64,000 nt of DNA. Source: an uncultured Elusimicrobia bacterium. Lineage in GTDB: Bacteria > Elusimicrobiota > Endomicrobiia > DTEH01. The stretch covers positions 181,726-245,725 of the forward strand of contig CAZDUB010000001.1 of assembly GCA_964508565.1 (NCBI GenBank). The letters are read 5' to 3'. The position numbers and the translations under genes are program-made. The notes beneath the pieces are model-generated. The model saw only the letters and a list, made by a program, of their open reading frames with translations, had not been told where the DNA came from and made no database searches. Below, one piece after another: positions 37,379-47,618 of the stretch. How positions within the stretch are numbered: the stretch's first letter is position 1; each line of letters starts with the position of its first letter.

Positions 37379-37388
37379 TATAAAATAT

Positions 37389-37673
37389 ATGAAAAAGAGC
37401 CTTCGGTTATTTATTCTTACATCATTTGTTTTAATACTTTTTAGCAGTTTTTTCCACTTTCATAGCGATATTTCTGAATTACAAAACCAAGATAATTGTT
37501 TAATATGTTTTTATATTGGACAAATTTCTAATAGTATTCTATTTTTTAATTTAGTTTTTTTGCTTGTTTTATTTTTAGTTTGTTTTGTGTATATAAATAT
37601 AGAAAACATTTCTTATATATATTTCATTTCAAAACTTCAAATCCGTGCTCCTCCTTTAAAACTCATCGGATAA
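37389..37673 (+). CDS. Small membrane/secreted protein resembling DUF2946
   Basis: Signal anchor, HFH, CLIC pair and a C-terminal RAPP motif. I recall these features from DUF2946 proteins encoded beside metal-uptake receptors. Confidence 0.45.
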   Translation: MKKSLRLFILTSFVLILFSSFFHFHSDISELQNQDNCLICFYIGQISNSILFFNLVFLLVLFLVCFVYINIENISYIYFISKLQIRAPPLKLIG

Positions 37674-37730
37674 ATCCAACTATTTAAAAACTCACGAGTT
37701 TTTTATTTAACCTAACTAAGGGGGGGTAAA

Positions 37731-38807
37731 ATGAAGAGTTTAAATAATTTATTAGTTTTCCTTTTAACAATTTTGAGTTTTACTTCAATATCTTTTTCAA
37801 CAACGCCACTTCCTGGTATGCGTGGAACACCTAATAATCTGCCCGATATTTCTGTAATTGGTGATTTCTACAGTGCTTTTTCAAAAGATTATTCAGAGAT
37901 TGTTACAGTGCGTTCTATAGAAACAGCATTTCAAGGATATATATATCCTGAGGTACGCTCTGATATCTTTCTTGCTTTACACAGGCACGAAGAAGCTTTA
38001 GAATTTGAACTTTGTGAAGGTTATGTTAGTTTTTTAAAACTGTTTGGGAAGCTTTCTGCTGAAGTTGGCAGACGACATGTAGAATTTGGCAAAGTCAACA
38101 AAATACACCAGCATCACAGACCTTATTTTGACCAACCAATTGTTATAACTAATTACTTAGGAGAGCATGGATTAGTTGGAGACGGATTAAATTTAAAATA
38201 TCTTTTACCACTTAACTTTTTTGCAGAGGTTTCTTTTGGAGGGTGGGAAGTTCCTAAAGCGCATACTCATCAACAAGAAACAGAAGAAACACATCAACAT
38301 TCAAACTTTATAAATGATAGAGTTTATACTTCAAAAATATGGTTTGGGTTTCCTTTAGCTAAAGTTTCTGAATTAGAGCTGGGATTTAATTATTTATTAG
38401 GAAAAGGGCCACATTATATAGAACACAAAGATGAAATAAGTATATTTTCTGCAGAAGTTAACTATAAATGGATATTTTCTACTTACAGAAATTTAACTTT
38501 ACAATCAGAACTTTTCTGGCTAACTCGTAGTGTTCCTGTAGAAACATTCAAAAGGTTTGGTGGTTATTTATTTACAAACTTGCAGTTATCAAAATATTGG
38601 TCTTTGGCAGCAAGATATGATTATGTAGAATTACCTAATCCTGAAGAGATTAACATAACACAAGCGCTTTCACTTATTGTTACCAAAAACTTAACAGAGA
38701 CCACTCTAATAAGAGGACAATATACTTATGACATCACTGAATCTGAACACAAAGGAGTTGTTCAGTTTGTTTTTGGTATAGGTCCACATAGCCATATGTT
38801 AGAATAA
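37731..38807 (+). CDS. Putative outer-membrane beta-barrel protein with His-rich loops
   Basis: Signal peptide, alternating beta-strand pattern. His clusters KIHQHHRP, KAHTHQQETEETHQH and GPHSHM. Confidence 0.5.
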   Translation: MKSLNNLLVFLLTILSFTSISFSTTPLPGMRGTPNNLPDISVIGDFYSAFSKDYSEIVTVRSIETAFQGYIYPEVRSDIFLALHRHEEALEFELCEGYVSFLKLFGKLSAEVGRRHVEFGKVNKIHQHHRPYFDQPIVITNYLGEHGLVGDGLNLKYLLPLNFFAEVSFGGWEVPKAHTHQQETEETHQHSNFINDRVYTSKIWFGFPLAKVSELELGFNYLLGKGPHYIEHKDEISIFSAEVNYKWIFSTYRNLTLQSELFWLTRSVPVETFKRFGGYLFTNLQLSKYWSLAARYDYVELPNPEEINITQALSLIVTKNLTETTLIRGQYTYDITESEHKGVVQFVFGIGPHSHMLE

Positions 38808-38824
38808 AACTTAACGGAGGTTTT

Positions 38825-39748
38825 ATGAGTTTTATGAAAAGAACTCTATTTATTTTAATTTTAAAAATTTTAATAATACAAAGCTTTTTATTCGCACAAA
38901 AAAAACTTTTTGTGGTAACCACTACTCAAGACCTTGCTGATTTAGCTAAAAATGTTGGTAAAGATAAAATAGAAGTTGTAAGCTTAACTTACGGTTGGCA
39001 GGACCCTCATAGAATAGAACTTCGTCCTTCTATGGTTTCTACTTTAGCAAAAGCAGATTTGGTTATAAAAATTGGTATGGATCTTGATAGTTGGGTTGAT
39101 AGTTTAATTTTTGCGTCAAGAAATTCAAAGATCGCCTATGGACAGAAAGGGTATTTAGATGTGTCTTCAAGGATAAAAAAATTAGAAGTGCCTGAAGGCA
39201 AAGTTGATGCTTCAATGGGAGATATACATATTTATGGCAATCCTCATTATTGGTTGTCACCAACTAATGCGAAGATTATCGTAGAAGATATTGCTGAAAG
39301 GTTAGCAGAATTATCTGAAGAAAACAAAACATTTTTTGAAGAAAATGCAAAACAGTATGTTAAAGAACTTGATAAAAAAATAAACGAGTGGACACAAAAA
39401 GTTGCCAATATAGAAAACAAGAAAGTTGTATCTTACCATAAGACTTTTGCATATTTCTACAACGAATTTGGTTTTAAAGAGATAGCTACAGTTGAACCAA
39501 AACCTGGGATACCACCAACACCAAAATATCTAAATAGTCTCATAGAAAAAATAAATCAAGAAAAACCTTTATGTATCCTACATGAAAGTTTTTATCCATT
39601 AAAAAACACAAAATTTCTCTCACAGAAAACAAATATTCCATATGTTGTAGTTTCAACTTCCGTTGGTGGAGAAAAAGGAATAGAAGACTATATAACTTTA
39701 ATAGATACTATTATTAACAAGATTTGTTCAGTAGCGCAAACAAAATAA
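38825..39748 (+). CDS. Metal ABC transporter substrate-binding protein (ZnuA/TroA family)
   Basis: Signal peptide; DPHRIELRP and GNPHYWLSP His-ligand motifs. Confidence 0.85.
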   Translation: MSFMKRTLFILILKILIIQSFLFAQKKLFVVTTTQDLADLAKNVGKDKIEVVSLTYGWQDPHRIELRPSMVSTLAKADLVIKIGMDLDSWVDSLIFASRNSKIAYGQKGYLDVSSRIKKLEVPEGKVDASMGDIHIYGNPHYWLSPTNAKIIVEDIAERLAELSEENKTFFEENAKQYVKELDKKINEWTQKVANIENKKVVSYHKTFAYFYNEFGFKEIATVEPKPGIPPTPKYLNSLIEKINQEKPLCILHESFYPLKNTKFLSQKTNIPYVVVSTSVGGEKGIEDYITLIDTIINKICSVAQTK

Positions 39749-39753
39749 ACATT

Positions 39754-40473
39754 ATGAAAAAAGATATCATTATTGAATTAAAAAATGTTTCTTGCGGTTA
39801 TAAAAAGAACATTGTACTTAAAGATGTGAACCTAACTATTGGAAGTGACGAATGCATCGGTATAATTGGACCAAATGGTGCCGGAAAAACGACTTTAGTA
39901 AAAACTATAATTGGCAATCTAAAACCAATCAAGGGAGAAATTATTAAATACAAGGATATAAAATTTGGTTATGTGCCTCAGCTATTTAGTATAGATGAAA
40001 CCTTCCCACTTACTGTTGAAGATGTGTTAAACTTTTCACTTCAAAATAAAATAAAACAAACCTCTACTCAGTGGAATGAAATTTTGGACACTACTGGTAT
40101 TAACCCAAAATATCTCTACCGCGACCTTTCCGGAGGACAGAAACAAAAAGTGCTTATACTGCGAGCTTTACTTTTACAACCTGATGTTTTAGTTTTGGAT
40201 GAACCTTTTAACGACTTAGATTTTTATAATGTAACAAATCTATTAAATTTTCTAAATGAGTTAAGAAAAAACTATAGATTTACAATTTTAATTATATCTC
40301 ACAGTTTAAATATTATTCTCAACTTTGTGCAGAAAATTTTTGTAATAAACAACTCTAAAGTTTCTGTAGTTGAGTCAACAAAGGATAAAAACAACTTAGA
40401 AGAAGTTTTAAACTCAACTTTTAACATCAAAACAAAACTTTATCAGATTGAGGACAAAATAATACTGATATGA
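39754..40473 (+). CDS. Metal ABC transporter ATP-binding protein (ZnuC-like)
   Basis: GPNGAGKTT, LSGGQKQK, LVLDEPFNDLD. Start taken at MKKDIIIELKNV. Confidence 0.88.
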   Translation: MKKDIIIELKNVSCGYKKNIVLKDVNLTIGSDECIGIIGPNGAGKTTLVKTIIGNLKPIKGEIIKYKDIKFGYVPQLFSIDETFPLTVEDVLNFSLQNKIKQTSTQWNEILDTTGINPKYLYRDLSGGQKQKVLILRALLLQPDVLVLDEPFNDLDFYNVTNLLNFLNELRKNYRFTILIISHSLNIILNFVQKIFVINNSKVSVVESTKDKNNLEEVLNSTFNIKTKLYQIEDKIILI

Positions 40474-41279
40474 AAACTATTTTAATACAGCCCTTCATAA
40501 TTTTGGCAGGAATTGCAACTACAATAGCATCTTTAGGGCTTTCTGTTTTTAGTCCAGTTGTTGTTTTTAAAAGAGATATTTTTGTGCCATTAGCAATTGC
40601 AGAAACTGCTTTATGTGGAGTTATAATAGGAACCGTAGTTGGTATCAATTTTTATCTTACTGCGATAGTATTCTCTCTTATTACAATTTTACTTTTATTT
40701 TCTATTAAAACCAACAAATCTCTACCACAAGAGACAGTTATTGCTATAGTGTATGTATTTGCGTCTGCATTAAGTATAATAGCTTTATCAAAGTCACCAG
40801 TTTTACACTCTCAAGCTACCGATGTCCTTTTTGGTAATGTACTTACTGTAGGGCAATATGAAACTTGGTTTTCGCTTATAACAACACTAATTTCACTAAC
40901 TACTTTGTTTTTACTCTACGGCAAGTTTGTGTTTGCTTTTAGTGACATTGAAACAGCCAAAAGTTGTGGATTAAATGTTGGGCTTTTAAATTTCATTTTT
41001 TATTCAATTTTAAGTTTAATTATAACCGCTAGTATAAAAATATTAGGATTACTTCTAACTTTTAGTTATTTGCTTTTACCAACTACGGTTGCTTCTTTAG
41101 TTAGTTGTCGTTCATTAAAGAGTACAACTCTGTTTGGTGTTATAAGTTCACTTATATCTACATGGATAGGATTTATACTTTCAGTTTATCTTGATACTCC
41201 TACAGGCCCAACTATAGTCATAACCTTTTTGTTGGTAATTAGCGTTATTTACTTTATTAAGAAAATTTTTAAACTTTGA
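40470..41279 (+). CDS. Metal ABC transporter permease (ZnuB-like)
   Basis: 269 aa polytopic ABC-3-type permease. ATGA overlap with the ATPase gene. Confidence 0.8.
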   Translation: MKTILIQPFIILAGIATTIASLGLSVFSPVVVFKRDIFVPLAIAETALCGVIIGTVVGINFYLTAIVFSLITILLLFSIKTNKSLPQETVIAIVYVFASALSIIALSKSPVLHSQATDVLFGNVLTVGQYETWFSLITTLISLTTLFLLYGKFVFAFSDIETAKSCGLNVGLLNFIFYSILSLIITASIKILGLLLTFSYLLLPTTVASLVSCRSLKSTTLFGVISSLISTWIGFILSVYLDTPTGPTIVITFLLVISVIYFIKKIFKL

Positions 41280-41290
41280 AGCTAAAAAAA

Positions 41291-42085
41291 CTACAATGAA
41301 AGCTTTCTAAAAATTATAAGAAAGCCTGTATGTGCAACCATTCTGTCTTTTGGGCGTAAACTTTGCTGTTTTTTTTGCCATTCTCTTTGTATAGTTTCAT
41401 ATATATCTTCTAAAATAAATTTAGAAGAAAAACTCTCTTCTACTGTATCAACAAGTTTGAAAACTTGCAGTACTGTTGGAAGCCAAAAAACTGCCAAACC
41501 TGATGGGGCTAAAATTTTGTATAAATTCTCAAGTATTTCCCAAGGATCCGGAATGTCAATTATTGCTCTGTCAAAATTGTTTTCTTCAGGAATTTGTTGT
41601 TTAAAATCTAAATTAAGTAGTTTTAAATTCTTTATTTCTTCTGTTGGTTTTTTGTAGTAGTTTTCTATATTCTTTTTTGCAACCTCTAACATATCCTGTC
41701 TAATATCACAACTAATAACTATTCCGCTTTCTCCCACAGCTCTAAGCAAAAACAAAGTCAATGCTCCTGAACCTGTCCCACATTCAAAAACTTTAGCACC
41801 ACTAAATATATCTCCTAAAACTAAGATTTGACCAATGTCTTTTGGATAAATTATCTGTCCTGCTCTTTTTAACTTGAAAAGGATATAGTCAGTAAGTGTT
41901 GGTTTTAACACAAGAAGTTTTTCGTTTTGTGAAGAATATACTATGCAACCTTGATTTTTACCTATTATGTCGTTGTGTTTTATCTGTCCTTTATGGTAGT
42001 GAAATACTCCATCTTTTTTAAGTTCAAAAATATACTTTCTTTTTTTGCTATCTATTACAACTACCAAACAGTTCTCTTGAAACAT
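41291..42085 (-). CDS. trmI: tRNA (adenine58-N1)-methyltransferase TrmI/GCD14 family
   Basis: QIIYPKD, ECGTGSGALTLFL, DIPDPW and HTGFLI signatures. Confidence 0.88.
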   Translation of the reverse strand: MFQENCLVVVIDSKKRKYIFELKKDGVFHYHKGQIKHNDIIGKNQGCIVYSSQNEKLLVLKPTLTDYILFKLKRAGQIIYPKDIGQILVLGDIFSGAKVFECGTGSGALTLFLLRAVGESGIVISCDIRQDMLEVAKKNIENYYKKPTEEIKNLKLLNLDFKQQIPEENNFDRAIIDIPDPWEILENLYKILAPSGLAVFWLPTVLQVFKLVDTVEESFSSKFILEDIYETIQREWQKKQQSLRPKDRMVAHTGFLIIFRKLSL

Positions 42086-42194
42086 AATGTTTTCCCTTTT
42101 TATTTCGTTTTAATTCTAATACAATAACATATAGTTTATTTTCAACAACTCTATAATTGTTTTTTGATTTTAAATTTTATATTCAATAAATCAT

Positions 42195-42848
42195 ATGGAA
42201 GAAGTAAAAGAAATAAAATTTTTCAATCAACATTTTTATAAGCTTGTAAAAACTGCTGGCTGGCCTACTATACAAATTGACGGTATCCAAATGCACAGAA
42301 TCAGCCGACTGACACCCGAACTGGATGCTGCCAAAAAAGTTGAAGCACTTAATCCACCAGCAGGTAGTTTGGTTTTAGATATCTGTACTGGTTTAGGATA
42401 TACCGCTATTTTTTTAATCCAAAGAAATTGTAGAGTAATTAGTATAGAAAAGGACGAAAATGTACTTTATATTGCTAAACATAATCCTTACTCTAAACCA
42501 TTTTTTGATAATATTGTAGGAGATGAGTATCCCCCTGTTGGGAAAATTAAACACATTTTAGGAGATGCAAAAGAAGTCATTAAAACTTTCAGAGACGAAC
42601 AATTTGAGTATATCTTACACGACCCACCAAGGTTTAATATTGCAGAAGAACTTTACTCAAACGAGTTTTACCAACATCTTTATAGAATATTAAAATATAA
42701 TGGAAAAATCTTACATTATGTTGGTTCACCTAAAATTAAATACAAAAATGTAGATATTATTGGCAACATAATAAAAAGATTAAAAAATGCTGGTTTTAAA
42801 AAAATACAACCGATAGCAGAAATTGAATGTTTTTTAATATCAAAATAG
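42195..42848 (+). CDS. SAM-dependent methyltransferase with DPPRF motif (COG2521-like)
   Basis: LDICTGLGYTAI motif I and HDPPRF motif IV, as in amino-methyltransferases. Confidence 0.55.
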   Translation: MEEVKEIKFFNQHFYKLVKTAGWPTIQIDGIQMHRISRLTPELDAAKKVEALNPPAGSLVLDICTGLGYTAIFLIQRNCRVISIEKDENVLYIAKHNPYSKPFFDNIVGDEYPPVGKIKHILGDAKEVIKTFRDEQFEYILHDPPRFNIAEELYSNEFYQHLYRILKYNGKILHYVGSPKIKYKNVDIIGNIIKRLKNAGFKKIQPIAEIECFLISK

Positions 42849-42852
42849 CAAA

Positions 42853-43869
42853 ATGAAATTTATACCTAACGAAATTTATCAAAAATTCATCTTAAGAATA
42901 AAATCAGTAGAATCTCTCCTTAAAAAAGAAAAAAGTATAGTTGTGGCGGTTTCAGGTGGACCTGATAGTATGTTTTTGTTACTGTTGCTTTATAACTTTT
43001 CAATAAAAAACAAGTTAAAACTCATACCAGTATATATAAACCACAAAGTAAGAACCCAAAAAGAAATAGAAAAAGATATTCAAACAATAAAACTTTTTTG
43101 TAAAGACAAAAATTTAGAGTTAATTGTCAAAGAAATATCTGCTGAAAAAAAAGACGAAGAAACTCTAAGAGAGCTAAGATATAAAAAACTTTTTGAAGTA
43201 GCAAAAAAATTTAGTACAAAACTTATAGCCACAGCACACACATTAGACGATGTAGTAGAAACTTTTTTTCTTAATTTGCTAAGAGGAACAGGCATAAAAG
43301 GTCTATGTAGTATTCCTGCCATTAGAGAAGAAAAGTTTCAAAATTCAACTTTTTATATCATACGACCTATAATTGATATTTCAAAAAACGAACTTTTAGA
43401 TGTACTAAAACAACAAAAAATAAAATATACAATTGATAGAACAAACAAAGAAATTCTCTACAAAAGAAATTTATTTAGAAACAAAATTTCTCCTTTGCTT
43501 TTTAAAATTAACACAAATTACAAATCAAACATATTAAAAACTATTGAACTTCTACAGCAAACATATAATTTTATAGATGAAATTATTTTAGAAAAAGCTT
43601 ATTCTGTTATAAAGACAAAGAAAGATGAGGTTCGTATTGATTTAAAAAAATTTTTAATGTATAATAACTTTATTAAAAGAGAGCTACTTCATAGAGTTTT
43701 GTCAGACGTAGCTATAAGACACAAATTAAGATTCAAACAAGGATATAAAGCTACTATTGAAAAAATTTTAAGTTTCATAAACAACTTAAAAGAAAAAGAA
43801 TTATTTGTAAATAAAAATTTAAATCTTATAAAAGTTAGAAATACTTTAAAACTAAAAATTAACAAATGA
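42853..43869 (+). CDS. tilS: tRNA(Ile)-lysidine synthetase
   Basis: PP-loop VAVSGGPDSMFLL. Conserved tilS-hpt-ftsH gene order. Confidence 0.88.
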   Translation: MKFIPNEIYQKFILRIKSVESLLKKEKSIVVAVSGGPDSMFLLLLLYNFSIKNKLKLIPVYINHKVRTQKEIEKDIQTIKLFCKDKNLELIVKEISAEKKDEETLRELRYKKLFEVAKKFSTKLIATAHTLDDVVETFFLNLLRGTGIKGLCSIPAIREEKFQNSTFYIIRPIIDISKNELLDVLKQQKIKYTIDRTNKEILYKRNLFRNKISPLLFKINTNYKSNILKTIELLQQTYNFIDEIILEKAYSVIKTKKDEVRIDLKKFLMYNNFIKRELLHRVLSDVAIRHKLRFKQGYKATIEKILSFINNLKEKELFVNKNLNLIKVRNTLKLKINK

Positions 43870-44396
43870 CTTCAAAATCAAAACCAAAACTAAAAATCTT
43901 AATTTCGGAAGAAAAAATAAAAAAAAGAGTAACCGAAATTGCAAAAAAGATATCTAAAGATTATAAGAATAAAGACAATATTTTAATTGTTGGTATACTA
44001 AAGGGCAGCACAATTTTTTTAAGTGATTTAGTAAGACAACTTGACATAGATTGTGAAATTGATTTTATTGCTGTTAGGTCATATGAAGGTAAAAATTCTA
44101 CAGGTGTGGTACAACTCATATTGGACCTTTATGACAATCCCGTAGGCAAAAATATAATCCTTGTAGAAGATATAATAGATACTGGAAAGACATTAAAATT
44201 TTTGATAGAAACTCTATCTACAAGAAAAGTAAAATCTATAAAGACATGCGTTTTGTTAAACAAATCTGTTAGAAAAAAAGCTAAAATAAAAATAGACTAC
44301 AAAGGTTTTGATATTCCAAACAAATTTGTAGTTGGTTATGGTTTGGATTATAACGAAAAATATAGGAACCTCCCATATATAGCAACAATAGAATAA
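43866..44396 (+). CDS. hpt: Hypoxanthine phosphoribosyltransferase
   Basis: PRPP motif ILVEDIIDTGKTL; 176 aa. Confidence 0.9.
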   Translation: MTSKSKPKLKILISEEKIKKRVTEIAKKISKDYKNKDNILIVGILKGSTIFLSDLVRQLDIDCEIDFIAVRSYEGKNSTGVVQLILDLYDNPVGKNIILVEDIIDTGKTLKFLIETLSTRKVKSIKTCVLLNKSVRKKAKIKIDYKGFDIPNKFVVGYGLDYNEKYRNLPYIATIE

Positions 44397-44424
44397 ATCT
44401 TATAAAAGAAAAGGAACTACTAAA

Positions 44425-46236
44425 ATGAAGAAAAACGAGTTAAAATCTCTAATTTCATGGGTATTAATTTTCCTTTTACTTTTTCTATTTTTAAGAGGTT
44501 TAAGAGAAATCCAAGTAGAAAAAGAAATTCCTTATTCTGAATTTAAGGCATTACTTCGTGCAGGAAGAATTGTTGAGATAAAAATTAAATCTGACACAAT
44601 TACTGGTAAGTATATAGAAGATATTCAAACTAACAAAATTGCTCAATTTAAAACTTATCGCGTATTAGAAGACAACAAACTTGTTGAAGAATTAGACGCT
44701 GCTAATGTAAAATATACTGCCACAAGCGATAGAGGTAGTTGGTTGTGGAGTGTTTTGTTAAACTTTGGACCTGTAATTTTGATATTTATTTTGTGGTATC
44801 TGTGGACAAAACAATTACAATCCGGTGGTAAACAAGCAATGATGTTTGGCAAATCTCGTGCTAGGGTATATATGGGCAAAAATAAAAGTGAAGTCACATT
44901 TAAAGATGTTGCTGGATGTGATGAAGTAAAAGAAGAGTTAGCAGAAATTATCGAATTTTTAAAAGACCCTAAAAAATTTCAGCGTCTTGGTGGAAAAATA
45001 CCAAAAGGTGTATTATTATATGGTCCTCCCGGAACAGGAAAAACACTTTTAGCAAAAGCAGTAGCAGGTGAAGCAGGAGTTCCTTTCTTTTCTGCTTCTG
45101 GTTCTGAGTTTGTAGAAATGTTTGTAGGAGTTGGTGCTGCAAGAGTAAGAGATCTTTTTGAACAAGGGCGAAAACATGCCCCTTGTTTACTTTTTATAGA
45201 TGAACTGGATGCGGTAGGAAGACATAGGTTTGCAGGTATCGGTGGAGGGCATGATGAAAGAGAACAAACTTTAAATCAGCTTCTTGTAGAATTAGATGGT
45301 TTTGATACTACTGAAGGAGTTATACTTATTGCTGCAACTAACAGACCAGATGTTTTAGATCCTGCGTTGTTGCGACCTGGTAGGTTTGATAGACACATTG
45401 TTGTTCCTGTGCCAGACATAAAAGGAAGGGAAGAAATATTAAAAGTACATACCAGAAAAGTAAAGTTAGCCCCTGATGTAAACCTCTCTATTATAGCACA
45501 AAGAACTCCAGGATTTGTTGGTGCTGACCTTGCTAATTTAGTAAACGAAGCAGCGCTTTTAGCCGCAAGAAAAAATAAAGAGGCGGTAGATATGTCTGAT
45601 TTTGATGAAGCAATAGAAAAAGTGATGGCAGGCCCTGCAAGAAAATCAAGAGTAATATCAGAAAGAGAAAAAAAGATAATAGCTTATCACGAATCAGGCC
45701 ATGCATTAGTTGCTAAATTAACTCCTGGATGTGACCCTGTACATAAAATTTCATTAATTCCTCGAGGTCCGGCTTTGGGCTATACTTTACAGCTTCCTGC
45801 TGAAGATAAATATATTGTATCAAAACAAGAATTGCTAAATAAAATTTCTGTTCTTTTGGGAGGAAGAATCGCAGAAAAAATTATATTTAACGACTTAACA
45901 ACTGGTGCACAAAACGATTTATCAAAAGCAACAGAAATCGCCACTAAGATGGTTACTGAATATGGAATGTCTGATAAAATTGGTCCTTTAACATTAAGAA
46001 AAAGAGAAGAAGAAATATTTTTAGGAAGAGATTATCTTACAAAAGAAAAGCTATATTCAGAATTTACAGCAAAACTAATTGACGACGAAATAAAAAATAT
46101 AATAGAAAGCTGTGTCCAAAATGTAGAAAAGCTACTTTCAGAAAATATAAACAAACTTCATGCATTAGCAAAAAGATTAATGGAAAAAGAAGTTTTAGAA
46201 GCATCAGAAATAGACGAAATTATAAACAACAATTAA
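44425..46236 (+). CDS. ftsH: ATP-dependent zinc metalloprotease FtsH
   Basis: [20 protein letters not shown], and the zinc site HESGHAL. Confidence 0.97.
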   Translation: MKKNELKSLISWVLIFLLLFLFLRGLREIQVEKEIPYSEFKALLRAGRIVEIKIKSDTITGKYIEDIQTNKIAQFKTYRVLEDNKLVEELDAANVKYTATSDRGSWLWSVLLNFGPVILIFILWYLWTKQLQSGGKQAMMFGKSRARVYMGKNKSEVTFKDVAGCDEVKEELAEIIEFLKDPKKFQRLGGKIPKGVLLYGPPGTGKTLLAKAVAGEAGVPFFSASGSEFVEMFVGVGAARVRDLFEQGRKHAPCLLFIDELDAVGRHRFAGIGGGHDEREQTLNQLLVELDGFDTTEGVILIAATNRPDVLDPALLRPGRFDRHIVVPVPDIKGREEILKVHTRKVKLAPDVNLSIIAQRTPGFVGADLANLVNEAALLAARKNKEAVDMSDFDEAIEKVMAGPARKSRVISEREKKIIAYHESGHALVAKLTPGCDPVHKISLIPRGPALGYTLQLPAEDKYIVSKQELLNKISVLLGGRIAEKIIFNDLTTGAQNDLSKATEIATKMVTEYGMSDKIGPLTLRKREEEIFLGRDYLTKEKLYSEFTAKLIDDEIKNIIESCVQNVEKLLSENINKLHALAKRLMEKEVLEASEIDEIINNN

Positions 46237-46240
46237 TTTT

Positions 46241-46810
46241 ATGAAAAAAATAGACAAAGAAAGAATAGAAAAAGCTGTTAGAGAAATTTTAATAGCAGTT
46301 GGCGAAGACCCAAACAGGGAAGGACTAAAAAATACACCAAAACGAGTAGCTAAATTTTATGAAGAAGCATTAAGCGGCTACTTTTTAGAACCAAAAGAGA
46401 TACTCACAGTATATTTTGAAACAGAAGAACATGAAGAGGTTGTATTAGAAAAAAACATTCCTTTTTACTCACTTTGTGAACACCATCTTTTACCATTTTT
46501 TGGCAAGATTCACATCGCTTACATCCCACACAAAAAACGGCTTTTGGGAATATCAAAACTTGCAAGAGTAGTAGATGTTTTTTCAAAACGCCTACAACTT
46601 CAAGAACGACTTACAAAACACATTGCTGACACCATAATGGAAAAGGCAAAACCTTTAGGTGTAATGGTTGTATGTGAAGCAGAACATCTGTGCTTATCAA
46701 TGCGTGGTGTTAAAAAACCAGGACATAAAATTGTCACTTCTTGCATGCGCGGAGTGTTTTTAAAAGACCTTCGTGCAAGAATGGAAGTTTTGGAGTTGAT
46801 AAAGGAATGA
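46241..46810 (+). CDS. folE: GTP cyclohydrolase I
   Basis: [10 protein letters not shown] and CLSMRGV signatures; 189 aa. Confidence 0.93.
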   Translation: MKKIDKERIEKAVREILIAVGEDPNREGLKNTPKRVAKFYEEALSGYFLEPKEILTVYFETEEHEEVVLEKNIPFYSLCEHHLLPFFGKIHIAYIPHKKRLLGISKLARVVDVFSKRLQLQERLTKHIADTIMEKAKPLGVMVVCEAEHLCLSMRGVKKPGHKIVTSCMRGVFLKDLRARMEVLELIKE

Positions 46811-47618
46811 TAGTATTAAGTTGTACAAACTGGTTAGTTATTGGAAGAGAAGAAAATTGGTTAACAGCATTCTCACAACCAGTACCCTTATGGGGATTAA
46901 AATTAAAATATAAAAACGAATTTAATCAAATAAAGATTGGAGATTTTTTATGGTGTTATATAACCGCACCAATTTCTGGAGTAATTGGGTTAAGTACTTT
47001 GATGACAAAAATTTAATCTGGGCAGATGAAATTAAAACAAGACAAGCTATATGGGTTTTTAGATTCAGATTTAAACTCCTTAAGGTAATAGAACCACAAT
47101 TTTGGAAAAATGAAAAAATAAAAATCTCAGATTTTAATTTAAACTGGCAAATCGGGTTTCAGCAATTATCAAAAGAACACATAGAAAAACTTATTGAAAG
47201 AAGCAAGAATTTATTTGCAATAAATGGAGACTTCTATACAGGAGCATCTATTATAAAACCCGCAGCAGAAGAGAAAAAAGAGTACGAAGAACAGACCAAT
47301 ATACACGATGATTTAAAGCGAAAAATAGCACTTATAGGAATGCTTCAAAATTTTTACACTGAAGAAGAATATCAAATTAGTTTACAAGCAGAAAGAAAAA
47401 ACATAGATGTCGTTTGGAAAAGAGAAATTAAAGGAGTGCCTACCTATGGATTTAAAATTGAATTGTCTGGCAATATAGAAAAAGCCATTCAAAGATTAAA
47501 AATTGCACATCAGTTGTGGACAAAAATTTTAATTTCTGAGCAAGTTGTGCAATTATTTTCTAAGAAAAAAGATTTGAGAGATTACGAAGCATCATTAGGT
47601 ATTTATGACATCTACTAA
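46807..47618 (+). pseudogene. PUA/EVE-like N-domain + restriction-endonuclease-like C-domain protein, frameshifted at a G-run
   Basis: ATGA overlap with folE. The N-terminal part NWLVIGREENW...IKIGDFLWCYITAPISGVIG stops at 47016. The reading continues in the next frame as VKYFDDKNLIWADE...; one extra G at about 46990 (ATTGGG) restores it. The C-terminal part NIDVVWKREIKGVPTYGFKIELSGNIEKAIQRL looks PD-(D/E)xK/HSDR_N-like. Confidence 0.5.

Noticed and set aside
47290-47470. C-terminal domain of the folE-folP ORF as a divergent HPPK (FolK), because of IALIG... and NIDVVW resembling GSNLG and RTLDLDIL
   Set aside because: The two motifs are only about 25 aa apart, against about 80 aa in HPPK, and the surrounding sequence does not fit. 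The nuclease-fold reading is kept as the working call, still unverified.
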